A DNA stretch of 64,000 nucleotides from a virus (taxonomy: Duplodnaviria > Caudoviricetes), in IMG/VR virus record IMGVR_UViG_3300031993_000008, positions 160,001 to 224,000 of that record; one strand, 5' to 3'. Positions 8,823 to 19,800 of the stretch are shown piece by piece (position 1 is the stretch's first letter; every line of letters begins with the position of its first letter). The translations under genes were made by a program, and so were the position numbers. The notes beneath the pieces are model-generated. The model did not search any database and had not been told where the DNA came from. It saw nothing but the letters and a program-made list of their open reading frames with translations.

Positions 8823-9866
8823 ATGGAACATAAAAGACTTCAGTTTTTGGTTCCCCAATATAAGGAGACAGAGGATGTTATCAAGTTTCTTCTTGATTCA
8901 ATAGAATGTCAGGTTCTTATTGATAAGAAAGATATAGGTGTAATTATCTGTTCTGATGGTGGGGAATATATACTTGACAGAAATTTTCTTGACAGTTATT
9001 CTTATGATATTGACTATATCATATGTCCTCACAGGAATGTATCTTCAACCAGGAATTCTGCACTTTTATTGTCAGATGCTGATTATATTATGTTTTGTGA
9101 TGCTGATGATGGTTTCTGTAACTTATTTGGAATTAAAATCATATTTGAAAATATTGATATCAGTGACAAGACCAACACCCCATTTGATTTATTGACATCA
9201 AAGTTTTATTGTGAAAGGTCAAGTGATGAAGGACATACAGGAAGTAAAAACACTTGTTCAAAAGATATATCTTGGGGACTTACTATGGGTGATCATAACA
9301 ATATATTCATTCATGGTAGAGTTTATAAAAGAGAGTTTCTTATAAAAAATTTCCTTTATTGGAATGAAAAGATTTGGGCAAATGAAGATAGTTTCTTCAA
9401 TATATCAACAAATCTTTATGCAAAGGATAAAATAAAGGCATTGGATGTTCCTATTTATTGTTGGAGAAGTAATCCACAGTCTGTTACAAATGACCCAAAA
9501 TTTATAGTGAAGACACTTCATCAGTTGATTTATTCTAATGATAGTGTACTTGAAACAATGCTTTTATTAAAAATAAATGAAAAGGAAATTGGAAAGTGTG
9601 CTTTCGATATAATCTGTAAGGTATATCTTGATATGAACAGACCTTGTTGGTATGAGGAAGGAAATAGTGAATATAGAGATATTACACTTAAGACATTACA
9701 ATGGTTCATAAACAAAAGGGGATTATTGTGTGAATGTCTTACTGATGATGAAAAAAAGGATACTCTTCAGAATGCAAGAGGTTCACAACATTATAAAAAT
9801 ATTGAAAGTATTGCATTTAATGATTTTATAAACTTTGTAATGAATTATGGAAAAGAACAGAAATGA
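8823..9866 (+). CDS. GT2-family glycosyltransferase
   Basis: LVPQYK, IICSDG, NVSSTRN, YIMFCDADD (DxD) and NED motifs. Start moved to ATG 8823, downstream of the terminator/promoter. Confidence 0.85.
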   Translation: MEHKRLQFLVPQYKETEDVIKFLLDSIECQVLIDKKDIGVIICSDGGEYILDRNFLDSYSYDIDYIICPHRNVSSTRNSALLLSDADYIMFCDADDGFCNLFGIKIIFENIDISDKTNTPFDLLTSKFYCERSSDEGHTGSKNTCSKDISWGLTMGDHNNIFIHGRVYKREFLIKNFLYWNEKIWANEDSFFNISTNLYAKDKIKALDVPIYCWRSNPQSVTNDPKFIVKTLHQLIYSNDSVLETMLLLKINEKEIGKCAFDIICKVYLDMNRPCWYEEGNSEYRDITLKTLQWFINKRGLLCECLTDDEKKDTLQNARGSQHYKNIESIAFNDFINFVMNYGKEQK

Positions 9867-10779
9867 ATGGGTAATACATATCTGGGGTAAGAAAAGAGAA
9901 AATATGGAATTGAATGATATTGAGAAATTCCATATTCATATGTTAAGTATGTTCCAGGAACAATATAAGAAGTTTGATAAAATCCTTGTAAATATAGCAA
10001 TGGATGATATCTATGATACAAATCTTTTTGATTTCTTGAAAGAAAAGGTTGGTGAGGCTTTGAATAATGATAATGTTGAATTCAAGATGTGTCAAAACAA
10101 CCCGGAATTTGGTGAATATGTTACATTCAGGCCATATGTGTTTGACAGGATTGGTGAAGATGTCAATATATTCTATAGTCATTTCAAGGGATATGCAACA
10201 TTTGTAAAGGTACTTAAGGAATCATTTCCAACAAGAGTCATTAGTCTCTGTGAATTATTTTGGGCATATCTTATGTATCAGTATTCTTTGAATGTTGATG
10301 ATGTAAATGATAAACTCAAAGACAAATGTACATATAGTTGGTTTGTTATAAAAGACCCAGAAAGTAATTATTTTACTAATTATTTTACTGAATACCATAA
10401 TAAACTTAAAGGTGAAGATAAGAGGTTTGAGGATAGTGCAAAAGATAATTTCCATAAGTATTCTCCCGGAAGTTTTTGTTGGTATAATCTTAAGAGAATT
10501 GGTGAAAAACTGAAGGATGAACCTTGGATTACATCTGTTACAACTGATTATCTTTCAAAGGATATAAAGGAAAATGATATTAATTTATGTACACATTTTT
10601 GTGAAGCATATCTGATGCAGTTCTTGGATGTTGATGAGTGTTATTCTGTTAATAATTTTAATGAAGAAATAAAGAAAATAGAAATTCCATTCTACATAAC
10701 AATTTATCCATCAAAACTTATTGGTAGGGAATATCTGAAAGACTTTGAGAAATATTTAATTGAAAACAAGTTGATATAA
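9847..10779 (+). CDS. Hypothetical protein, possibly glycosyltransferase-like
   Basis: 310 aa, overlaps the GT2 gene. GEYVT...IFYSHFKG and YSPGSFCWYN segments resemble phage putative GTs. Confidence 0.4.
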   Translation: MEKNRNEWVIHIWGKKRENMELNDIEKFHIHMLSMFQEQYKKFDKILVNIAMDDIYDTNLFDFLKEKVGEALNNDNVEFKMCQNNPEFGEYVTFRPYVFDRIGEDVNIFYSHFKGYATFVKVLKESFPTRVISLCELFWAYLMYQYSLNVDDVNDKLKDKCTYSWFVIKDPESNYFTNYFTEYHNKLKGEDKRFEDSAKDNFHKYSPGSFCWYNLKRIGEKLKDEPWITSVTTDYLSKDIKENDINLCTHFCEAYLMQFLDVDECYSVNNFNEEIKKIEIPFYITIYPSKLIGREYLKDFEKYLIENKLI

Positions 10780-10800
10780 ACAAATAGAACCAATAAATGA

Positions 10801-10831
10801 AAGGGGAATGACCTTGGGGTCGTTCCCCTTT
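10801..10831 (+). terminator. Intrinsic terminator
   Basis: AAGGGGAATGACC-TTGG-GGTCGTTCCCCTT. Confidence 0.75.
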
Positions 10832-10833
10832 CT

Positions 10834-10841
10834 CATAAATA
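10834..10841 (+). promoter_or_regulatory. CATAAATA putative late promoter
   Basis: After a hairpin, upstream of 10846. Confidence 0.7.
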
Positions 10842-10845
10842 TAAT

Positions 10846-11793
10846 ATGGCTAATGAGATTATAGAATTTGTAAAAACAACATCAGAAAAACTTGATTATG
10901 TGTTGGAAAAGGATGGTGGAAAATATACAAAATCATTCATCCACACTCATGATGTCAATGAGAATGAAACAGCAGATGATCAGTTGTATATTGGTCCTGA
11001 CAGACTTACAGACAAGTTCAATGTAGGTAATTCAAATCTTTCAGATCCTACCAGGAAGGTTGGGGGACTTGATGCATCTACCATAGGACAACTGAAGGAC
11101 AGGAAGATAAGTGAGATACTTATGGACATCCTCAGACCTGATGTCATTGAACCGAGTGTGAGTACTCCTGCAAGTGTGAGTATTTCATATAATAATCCTA
11201 CACTTATTGAGGTGGGTTCAACACTTCCTTCCAAATCAGATATATCATCAGTTATTGATAATGGTGTTTGGTCTGATGAAACACCATATTCTGGAGGATC
11301 CGGTTCTGTTACATTGAATATGACTCCAAACAAATGGGGTACATCTTCAATTGAGGGAAAGTATATTATATCAGGAAGTGTGACATTTGAGGAAGGAGGA
11401 ATTCCAAAGGATAACTTTGGAGATGAGTATCCTGAAAAACAATACCTTGGAGGTACTGAAACATCAAATGAAATCACAATAACATCTATATATCCTATAT
11501 ATATCAATGATGGAGATGACATCACAGTTATGGTGAAACACATTGTTGATTATATTGATGGTGCTGAATTTGAGGTAACCATTCCAGCAGAGATTGAAAC
11601 ACCTGAACCTACAAAGTTTATGATCCAGGTGCCATATGAATTTACAACATTTGAGGTGAAGAAGTACAACCAATTGACAGATAAGTATGACATTGATGTC
11701 CCTATGGTATTTGATAGCAATATGTATATCAGAGAGGATAATACATATACCAATACAACAAGTACCCAATATAAAATTAAGCTGAAGAAGTAA
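10846..11793 (+). CDS. Putative virion structural protein
   Basis: 315 aa beta-rich acidic protein. First gene after a CATAAATA motif, tightly coupled to two giant genes. Confidence 0.5.
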   Translation: MANEIIEFVKTTSEKLDYVLEKDGGKYTKSFIHTHDVNENETADDQLYIGPDRLTDKFNVGNSNLSDPTRKVGGLDASTIGQLKDRKISEILMDILRPDVIEPSVSTPASVSISYNNPTLIEVGSTLPSKSDISSVIDNGVWSDETPYSGGSGSVTLNMTPNKWGTSSIEGKYIISGSVTFEEGGIPKDNFGDEYPEKQYLGGTETSNEITITSIYPIYINDGDDITVMVKHIVDYIDGAEFEVTIPAEIETPEPTKFMIQVPYEFTTFEVKKYNQLTDKYDIDVPMVFDSNMYIREDNTYTNTTSTQYKIKLKK

Positions 11794-11799
11794 TAATAT

Positions 11800-14700
11800 A
11801 TGTCAGGAAAAACATTTACCGGTGATATAAAATTCCCAAGTAACTTTGATGTCCAGACCACCAGGCCTTTGGATGTTAGGTTGGTTGTGGATTCAAAAGA
11901 AGACTTGACAAATGGTTCAATAGAAGCACCATACCAGGGTATGGTTGTAAATATCAAGGGCACTTCAGAACTCTGGATTCTTTTAACTGATGGTATTGAG
12001 AACTCAAAGAATGAAGAGAACTGGAAACTTGTGACAGGTTCAGGTGGTGGATTGTCAAAGTATTCTATCCCAGTTATGACTCCTGAAATGATGGATGAGG
12101 CAATTGCAGATCCAGATATTGAGTTTGGTGATTCAGATGAGTGTATTATTATAGATGAAAATCATAATCTGGATGATGACAATCCAGATATATTCTATAA
12201 GGGTATCATCCAGGATATGTACAGATCAATCATAGCACTTCAGGCAGAAGTGACAAGATTGAAGAATACATTTGAGTCTGGTATTGTATCATATAAGAAT
12301 AGAGATACAAGATTTGGTGATGTTGCTGGAGATACATCTGTTGATGAGGAAGAACCACTGTGGGCTGTGGAACCTGGCTATCTTTCATTGGTGAGTGACA
12401 ATCCTAACTTCATCACAACTTTGGATGTGAGAGGTAGTGCATCTTTCATACAGAGAGGTATTGAAGAAGCATCAATTGATGTGAGTGTTGATGACCAGTT
12501 GACATTTGTTGGTGGTGAATATATGTTTTATGATGGTCTGACACCGGATGCAGAACAGGCAAATCTCACACTTTATAACATCAAAGATTCAAAACTCATC
12601 ACATATCTTGTTACAGATAAACCAGATATTAAAATAGAACTTATACCTGTTGCTAATGAGTACAGTATATCTGATGTAAGAGAAGTGAATTTTGCATCAT
12701 TGTTAGGAGGTATCAGTACTACAAATAAATATGGAATCTGTATGATTCTCAGCAGAAAACAGAAGACAGATGATGAGACATACAAAGGTTTCAATTATGT
12801 ATATTTCTCAATAATAGATTACAACACAAATAAGAAGTTACGTGAGGGATATTTAAATAAGAATAGTGATACATTGTCATCTGACAGAGTTTTGTTGGAT
12901 GACAGATATGCAATACGTTCACTTGCATTTAATGGAAGACATAGTGCTGAAAGCAGTAATATGACCCTTTACAGAATGAAGTTCTATACAAAGTATGAGG
13001 ATTTCAGTTCTGGTTGGGAAGAGAGGGAAGATGAAATTATATCCAACCCACCAAGTGAATATGATACAACATATGAAGTTGCACACATTGCCATTAGGTC
13101 AGTCAAGAATTTGGAAATGCTTGATGAGATTACTGATAAACTTCTTGACAATGAGTTGATATGGAATAAGGATAACAATGCCCTTTATATCAAATCTGAT
13201 GGTAAGATTTGTAGAATTGGATCTAAGTCCAGTGATGATGATGAACATAAAAAAGATAATAATATGACAGACAAAGAAATTATAGAAGCCCTTGAGAAGA
13301 TGGGTATCATTGTGAACAATCCTGTTTACAGTGAGGATGAATATGGTGAAGATACTGTACTTGAGTCATTTGGTAACATTTCATTGAAACCAATTGCTGA
13401 TGTTACATTTGTCAACCAGGATACCAATAAGAGGTTTACATTTACTGTGGACCCGGAAGGTAATCTTGTGGGTAAGGACAAATCTGCACAGACTATTGAA
13501 GAGTATTTGAGAGAAACAGAACAATCATCCAAATATGATAATACTACTGACTATAAAGCAGTAAGAGGTTTCTCTTCTGACTATCTCTTTATGAAGACCA
13601 ATTCAAAGAATAATATATTCATGACAGATGATGCCGGCAAATTGTCAGACAGGTTGAGAATCTCATCATTCTATGCACCAATCATTACAGATGATGTACA
13701 TGGATGTACACATTCATTTGTTGAATTGGAAAATACATCTGAAGTTGATATACCATTGACAGGTGTATATCTCCATTTCTATGATGCATTTACTGATACT
13801 GCTCATCATCTTGAACTTGATGGTGTTTGTAAGGCAGGTGGAACATATCTCATCAGAGGTGCAAAACATGCTGAACTTGATGATGCTTCTGCATTTATCA
13901 AGGTGAAGACATATGATAAGGAGTGGTATGAGAATGGTGAACTTCTTTCATTTGAACAGGTTGCAGTCAAGACAGTTACTGTTGATGATGTGGAAGAAGC
14001 TGCTCCTGATAGTCCTGTAAAATTTGCATATAGATTTTGCTTGACATATGGTCTTCCCAACTTGGCACCAACTGATAGATTGGTTATGGAAAATTCAGGT
14101 TCTGAAATTGGAGGAGTCACATATGATGCTTCAACATATCCAAATCTCATTATTAATCCAAGATTTATAGATGGTTGTTCATTCTCAACAGCATCAAGTA
14201 TTGCTGGATATACAAATCCTTGGTATGCAAATGGTAAGGGTGGTGTTGGTATTCAGATCAAAAAGAATACAATGTTCAGACTTATGTTTGCATTGGATCC
14301 TGCAAAGCAGGCATTTAATGGTTTCAACGGAAAGGACAGTTCAAGAATAAGATACAATAAGGCAACAGATATCCAGGTCCTTGATTTAAATAAGGAGTTC
14401 ATAGGATATCCTCACAGTAATGAAACTATTAAGATAGATAGATATACACCAAAGGCATCCTTTGAGAATAGGAATGTAATGACAGACAAGTCACAACTCA
14501 ATAAGGAGAAACCAAATATGGTTACCTGTTCATTTGGTCTTGATGTGTATAACACAAGATGTTTCAACTGGATTTCTTGTGGTACATTTGATGAGTATGT
14601 ATGGGTAAGACCACAGGGTTCAACAGCATGGACTGGATTTCAGTCATATACAAAGGTTTCAAAAAACAATGTTGAAGATACTTCAAAATCAATACGTAGG

Positions 14701-16860
14701 AAAGAATATCTGATGGATGTGAATAATGCAGGATATGCAAGGATGATTAACAGATTCCCTGGAAACAATGTTCTTTTCACATCACATAAATGTGTCCTTG
14801 TGTTCCCGGATGCATTAGAACCAACAGTATATGAATATGTTGTTGGTAGACCTGATAAGGATGGTAAACCTGATTTTGAACATACAAACAGTATATATAC
14901 ATTTACATTGTACCCAAGGTCATATGAAGGTAGGGTATATCAGGTTACTGACCAACAGGGATTCCACTGGATTGAATACCAGGTATGGGCTGCAGCTGCA
15001 GAGTTCCTCAATACAAAGATTGCTCAGGAAATTGCTGAAATAAATTCAACAGCAACTACAAAGGTATTCCCTATCCTCATCAATACTGGTGATATGACTC
15101 AATCTGGTGCCCGTGTTAATGAGTGGTTGGATTATTACAATGGTGGTGTAAGTTTGTTTAATCATCTTGAACAAATGAACTGTGTGGGTAACAATGACCT
15201 TTGTCCTATCAACCCAAGAGATCTTGGTACTGGTAATGATAATGACAAGTCAAGTTCACACTTCTTCCATTATTTCTACTGCTTTGATGTAAGGGATACT
15301 GAAAAGTGTAATGAAGAAATTCCAGATCCAGAAAAACCAAATGAGAAGATTTATACAGGCAGTAAGTTCTTTACTGGTGAGAGTCTTGTTGTAAAAGCAC
15401 ATACTGGACAGTTTGGTAGTGGTGATGAACTTGTTGAGATAAATGTTACAGAAGATAGATTTATCCCATCATTCTATTATTTCAAGACAGGTAAGGTTCT
15501 GTATTTGATAGTTAATTCTGAAATACCTAAATCTAACTGTATGTATTGGTTTGGTCTTTGCTCAAATAATGCATATGTCAATATTTATACAGGTATTGAG
15601 ATTTCAGCAAATGGTGCATATGCTGCTACTGATAATTGTTTTACACCTCTTTATGAAACAATGTATGCATGGTTATCAGGTAATCAGACCAGTGGTGTGA
15701 ATGACAGAAAGGTTGTTGTTGCAATGCATGAGATGCCTTTCACTGTTATAACCAATGAATCTCTGTTTAAGGGAACAACAAAGAATATACCTTGTACAAG
15801 AAATTTCCCAACAAAGAAGGGAAGACTTGGTTCAAATACCAATCAGTTGGACATCAATGAGGATAGGGGTATTTTCTGGTGTTCAAGACTTCTTGAATAT
15901 TTTGGATGTAAACTTGTAATTGGTGGACATAAGCACACATATGCTCTTTCATATCCTATTAAGGAGAAATATACTTGGAAACTTGGTGATGCTGCTGCTG
16001 TAGATAGTAAGACACAAATTAAGACTATGCTTCCAACTCTTGAAGATGAGGCAGGTGTAAATCCACAGTGCTTGATTTCATGGAATATTGAAGCAACAGA
16101 TAGCAATAAGGAAGAGTATAACTTTACTGGTGATACTGCATTGAACAGTACAAAGACACCATATATTCCTAACAATCTTTACAGTGAGTATGGTAAGGAT
16201 ATAACTGATGGTTCAACAGATTTTATCCGTTGTTGTACACCTATTGATGATTATAATGAAAAATATGATGGATTTGTATCTTATTCAATGTGCCAGGCAA
16301 CTGGATATAAATTGAAGTCAAACAAGGAACTTCCTGCACCAACACAGGTATTCTCAAAGATTATACCTATGACTACATATAAAAAGAGTGATAGTAATGC
16401 ATTTACAGATTCACCAAGTGGTGACCAGTTATATCCTATGTATAGTGTCCTTGAGTTTGAATATGATAGCAATGGCAAGGTGAATGGAATCAGTGTTACT
16501 ATGAACCGTATCACAAGTATCTTCAAGGCAGATAATAAGGATAAGTTTGACCAGTTGAGTTATGGAACAAAGGCAATGAAGAGACAGTGCCTCTGTACAT
16601 TTGAAAAGGAAGATTGTAATGGATATGGAACTACCAGTCAAAGACCGGCAAATCCAGCCAATGGATATCTTTATTTTGACATCACACTTAATAAAGTAGT
16701 ACAATATCAGGTCACAACTGCTGAAAGTAAGTGGATAGAGGCCAGAATAAGAATGTATGGTAAGTGGTTGTCAGAGGCCGATGCAAAAAGTAGATTAGAT
16801 AATTACCTGGCAAATCCTACCACTGTTGCAGACAACAGATATTTACATATTAAATATTAA
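11800..16860 (+). CDS. Large protein with a lamin-tail-like domain and a calcineurin-like/purple-acid-phosphatase-type metallophosphoesterase
   Basis: HSFVELENTSEVDIPLTGVYL (LTD-like). TDQQG, NTGDMTQ, VGNNDL, MHEMPF and GGHKHTY metallophosphoesterase motifs. Confidence 0.75.
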   Translation: MSGKTFTGDIKFPSNFDVQTTRPLDVRLVVDSKEDLTNGSIEAPYQGMVVNIKGTSELWILLTDGIENSKNEENWKLVTGSGGGLSKYSIPVMTPEMMDEAIADPDIEFGDSDECIIIDENHNLDDDNPDIFYKGIIQDMYRSIIALQAEVTRLKNTFESGIVSYKNRDTRFGDVAGDTSVDEEEPLWAVEPGYLSLVSDNPNFITTLDVRGSASFIQRGIEEASIDVSVDDQLTFVGGEYMFYDGLTPDAEQANLTLYNIKDSKLITYLVTDKPDIKIELIPVANEYSISDVREVNFASLLGGISTTNKYGICMILSRKQKTDDETYKGFNYVYFSIIDYNTNKKLREGYLNKNSDTLSSDRVLLDDRYAIRSLAFNGRHSAESSNMTLYRMKFYTKYEDFSSGWEEREDEIISNPPSEYDTTYEVAHIAIRSVKNLEMLDEITDKLLDNELIWNKDNNALYIKSDGKICRIGSKSSDDDEHKKDNNMTDKEIIEALEKMGIIVNNPVYSEDEYGEDTVLESFGNISLKPIADVTFVNQDTNKRFTFTVDPEGNLVGKDKSAQTIEEYLRETEQSSKYDNTTDYKAVRGFSSDYLFMKTNSKNNIFMTDDAGKLSDRLRISSFYAPIITDDVHGCTHSFVELENTSEVDIPLTGVYLHFYDAFTDTAHHLELDGVCKAGGTYLIRGAKHAELDDASAFIKVKTYDKEWYENGELLSFEQVAVKTVTVDDVEEAAPDSPVKFAYRFCLTYGLPNLAPTDRLVMENSGSEIGGVTYDASTYPNLIINPRFIDGCSFSTASSIAGYTNPWYANGKGGVGIQIKKNTMFRLMFALDPAKQAFNGFNGKDSSRIRYNKATDIQVLDLNKEFIGYPHSNETIKIDRYTPKASFENRNVMTDKSQLNKEKPNMVTCSFGLDVYNTRCFNWISCGTFDEYVWVRPQGSTAWTGFQSYTKVSKNNVEDTSKSIRRKEYLMDVNNAGYARMINRFPGNNVLFTSHKCVLVFPDALEPTVYEYVVGRPDKDGKPDFEHTNSIYTFTLYPRSYEGRVYQVTDQQGFHWIEYQVWAAAAEFLNTKIAQEIAEINSTATTKVFPILINTGDMTQSGARVNEWLDYYNGGVSLFNHLEQMNCVGNNDLCPINPRDLGTGNDNDKSSSHFFHYFYCFDVRDTEKCNEEIPDPEKPNEKIYTGSKFFTGESLVVKAHTGQFGSGDELVEINVTEDRFIPSFYYFKTGKVLYLIVNSEIPKSNCMYWFGLCSNNAYVNIYTGIEISANGAYAATDNCFTPLYETMYAWLSGNQTSGVNDRKVVVAMHEMPFTVITNESLFKGTTKNIPCTRNFPTKKGRLGSNTNQLDINEDRGIFWCSRLLEYFGCKLVIGGHKHTYALSYPIKEKYTWKLGDAAAVDSKTQIKTMLPTLEDEAGVNPQCLISWNIEATDSNKEEYNFTGDTALNSTKTPYIPNNLYSEYGKDITDGSTDFIRCCTPIDDYNEKYDGFVSYSMCQATGYKLKSNKELPAPTQVFSKIIPMTTYKKSDSNAFTDSPSGDQLYPMYSVLEFEYDSNGKVNGISVTMNRITSIFKADNKDKFDQLSYGTKAMKRQCLCTFEKEDCNGYGTTSQRPANPANGYLYFDITLNKVVQYQVTTAESKWIEARIRMYGKWLSEADAKSRLDNYLANPTTVADNRYLHIKY

Positions 16861-16868
16861 TTGAGATT

Positions 16869-19800
16869 ATGAGAATCAAAAAGAAAGATGGAACAATACA
16901 ACCATTCATAACTGGAAAGGATGTTGTTATAACCAAAGAATCATTAAATGAGAATAAAGAAGTTACAGTTGATGATGTTTTGGATGAACATAAAAAGGAA
17001 ATAGATAAACTTAAAAGTAATGTAAAGTATATCTATGCCTATGGAGGTGTTGGAGGTAATGGTCATGGAGGTTCTGGTGGTGGATCCACTGGAAACCCCA
17101 CACTTTTTGTTTCTCTTGGAGGTCATCAGATACAGAGTGGTAGTGATAATATTATTATATTTGGTAAACCTGGTGAATATGTTTTTGAGGGTAGTTTGAG
17201 TAATGCCGGCGGTGAAATCTTTTATGTTTATGTCGGATATGGAAAGAACATCAAAAACCCAAAACAGATTACATTAGATAAGGAAAATAGGTGGATAATC
17301 AAATCAGAAACCTATAACCTGAAGGAAAATGGACAGATTACTGTAACACTCAAAGATGTGGAGGGTAGAACTCTTTCCACAGTTACACAGACATATGTTG
17401 TGAATGCACACAGTTTTGATGCAAAGTTCAAGTATGTGTTTGAGGATAGGGAGATTGAATTTTCTCCTTATGAGTATTTTATGGGTAATTATAACCAGAG
17501 AAATCCATTTATAGACATAACATTCAGTATCAACATACCTAATGTTCAGAATGTTATAGTGTCTTATAATATCAAGGGTGTTGATGGAGAGAGTGATATA
17601 CAGTATTCCGATTCAATGGGAGACATAACAACCGGTAAGGGTACTGTATCATATGGTCAGATAACCAACAGTAACTTGAGGATTTATCTTGATAATCTTA
17701 AAAGGAATGATATTCCATTCATTCATGAAAACAATACAGGTTCATATGATGTTACAATAACTCTGAATTACAGCGTTAGTGGTAGCCCTGCTGACCCAAC
17801 ACAGGTAACATTTAAGATAACATTGATTCCTAATCTTCTGTATATAAATGTAAGGAACAGTCATAATATCCTTTATGATAGTCTTGAAGAACTGAAAGAT
17901 GATTTGAGTCAGCTTGTTGAGGACCAGGATTTTGCCAAGGGTATTCCTGTTGGTTCAAACACTTCATTTTATTGTAAGGTATATGAACAGGCAATATCAT
18001 CAAATAAAAAGATATATAATATCACATTCAATGCATATGATGAAAATAAATCATCAGAAGAGACAGAGGATGATTTTGAGGATGATCCACATTATACCAT
18101 ATATAAAACAGCAGAGGAACAGGTTGAAACACCACAACCAATAAACATTTCTTTTGATAGTACTGGTATTAAGAAGTTACAGTTCATAACAACTGGTAAA
18201 AAAGATACTTCTGCTGTTTGTACAATTACAAAATACATATATGTTAAACCTAATAAAAACAAGATAGATTGGTATCCTTCTTGTTTGGTAGGTATAAATC
18301 AAGACTCATATTTTAGGGCAAATCAGGGTGAAGATACATATAAGGATTTTCCGGAGTTACCTGTTTCTAACAACCTTCCACTTGTGATGAGTGAAACAAG
18401 TACACCATTGTCTCTCACACATACAACATGGTCACATCCAACCCAGGGTTTTGATACAACCATATTGTCATTTGGTATACAGTATGGTGCTGTAAATAAT
18501 GAACATGCAGAGGTAATCAAGTTGTATAATAATAATGATCTTATTATCAATTTGCGTTCAGATACATTATTTTCAGAAGACAGTAAGAAAATTCTCCTTC
18601 CTCTTGAGAGGGATTTGAATTCATCAGACAGTTCAAAATATCATCTGGTTCAGATTGTAAGATACAGGATAGGTACAGATACAGGTGAGACAGGTACTGG
18701 TGGTTATTTGTATGGAACATATTTGTATATAGATGGAAGACTTGAATCTGATGATCCTTCAGGTACTCTTACTAACTCATTGTATATAGACAAAATTGTA
18801 CTTAATAATGTAAATGCCATTTATAACCTTATAAGTGTTCAGTATTTGAAACTGGATGAACCATTAAATGTTAAAAATATTTCACATACAGGTGAAAATA
18901 ACACAATTGATGGTATTATTTATCAGTATTATTTGGCATATAAGAGTATAATGAATGTTGGAGAAGTAACAGATTCAGAACTGAAACTGTTGGACAACAT
19001 ATCAGAAATAAAGTTTGATGGTACAAATGTTGTTGTAGATTATAACTATCTTACAAATGTTTCACAGTTTATGCCTATTCCAACTATGATGATGTCATAT
19101 GGTAATAAAGATGATACTGGTGGAAATACAATTAGTGAACAGGAAGTAAGAGATTTTTGCAATAAACTGTTTAGAGGTTATCAGAGTGGAAATACTAATA
19201 TATTTGGTGACCAAGAAATATCCCTTTATTGGTGTGAAGGAATAAAGAATGGTACATCATCAAGTACTATTTCTAAAATCAATATTCCAACATTTAATGA
19301 TGATGGATATGTATATGATGGTACCTGGCATGTTAAACTGCAGGGTACATCAACAATGAAGAACAGAATCAAGAACTTCTCTCTTTATATAAAGAAGAGA
19401 AACAGTGATTTGCAAAAATCAATATTGGTATCTCCTAATTATAATTCAGAAGATGAACATTCATTCTTACCTGAAAATGAATGGACATTGAAGGCAGATA
19501 TCGCTGACTCTGCACATGCCAACAATACAGCTGTAGGTAAGTTTGTGAATTATACATCTACACCTTTTTCTAATAATTTACCATTACCTACCAATGTTAG
19601 GAGATTTGTTAAGAATACTCTTGAAGGTTTTCCTGTATTGATGTATTTCCGTGTTGGAGATGAAATATATTACTTGGGTGTATATAACTTCAATATGGGT
19701 CGTCAGTCATATTATAATCTTGGTTATCATTCTGCTGATGATATGTTGGATATGATAAACCATATTCCTGAACACTCAAGTTCATCATTTACATTCTCTC

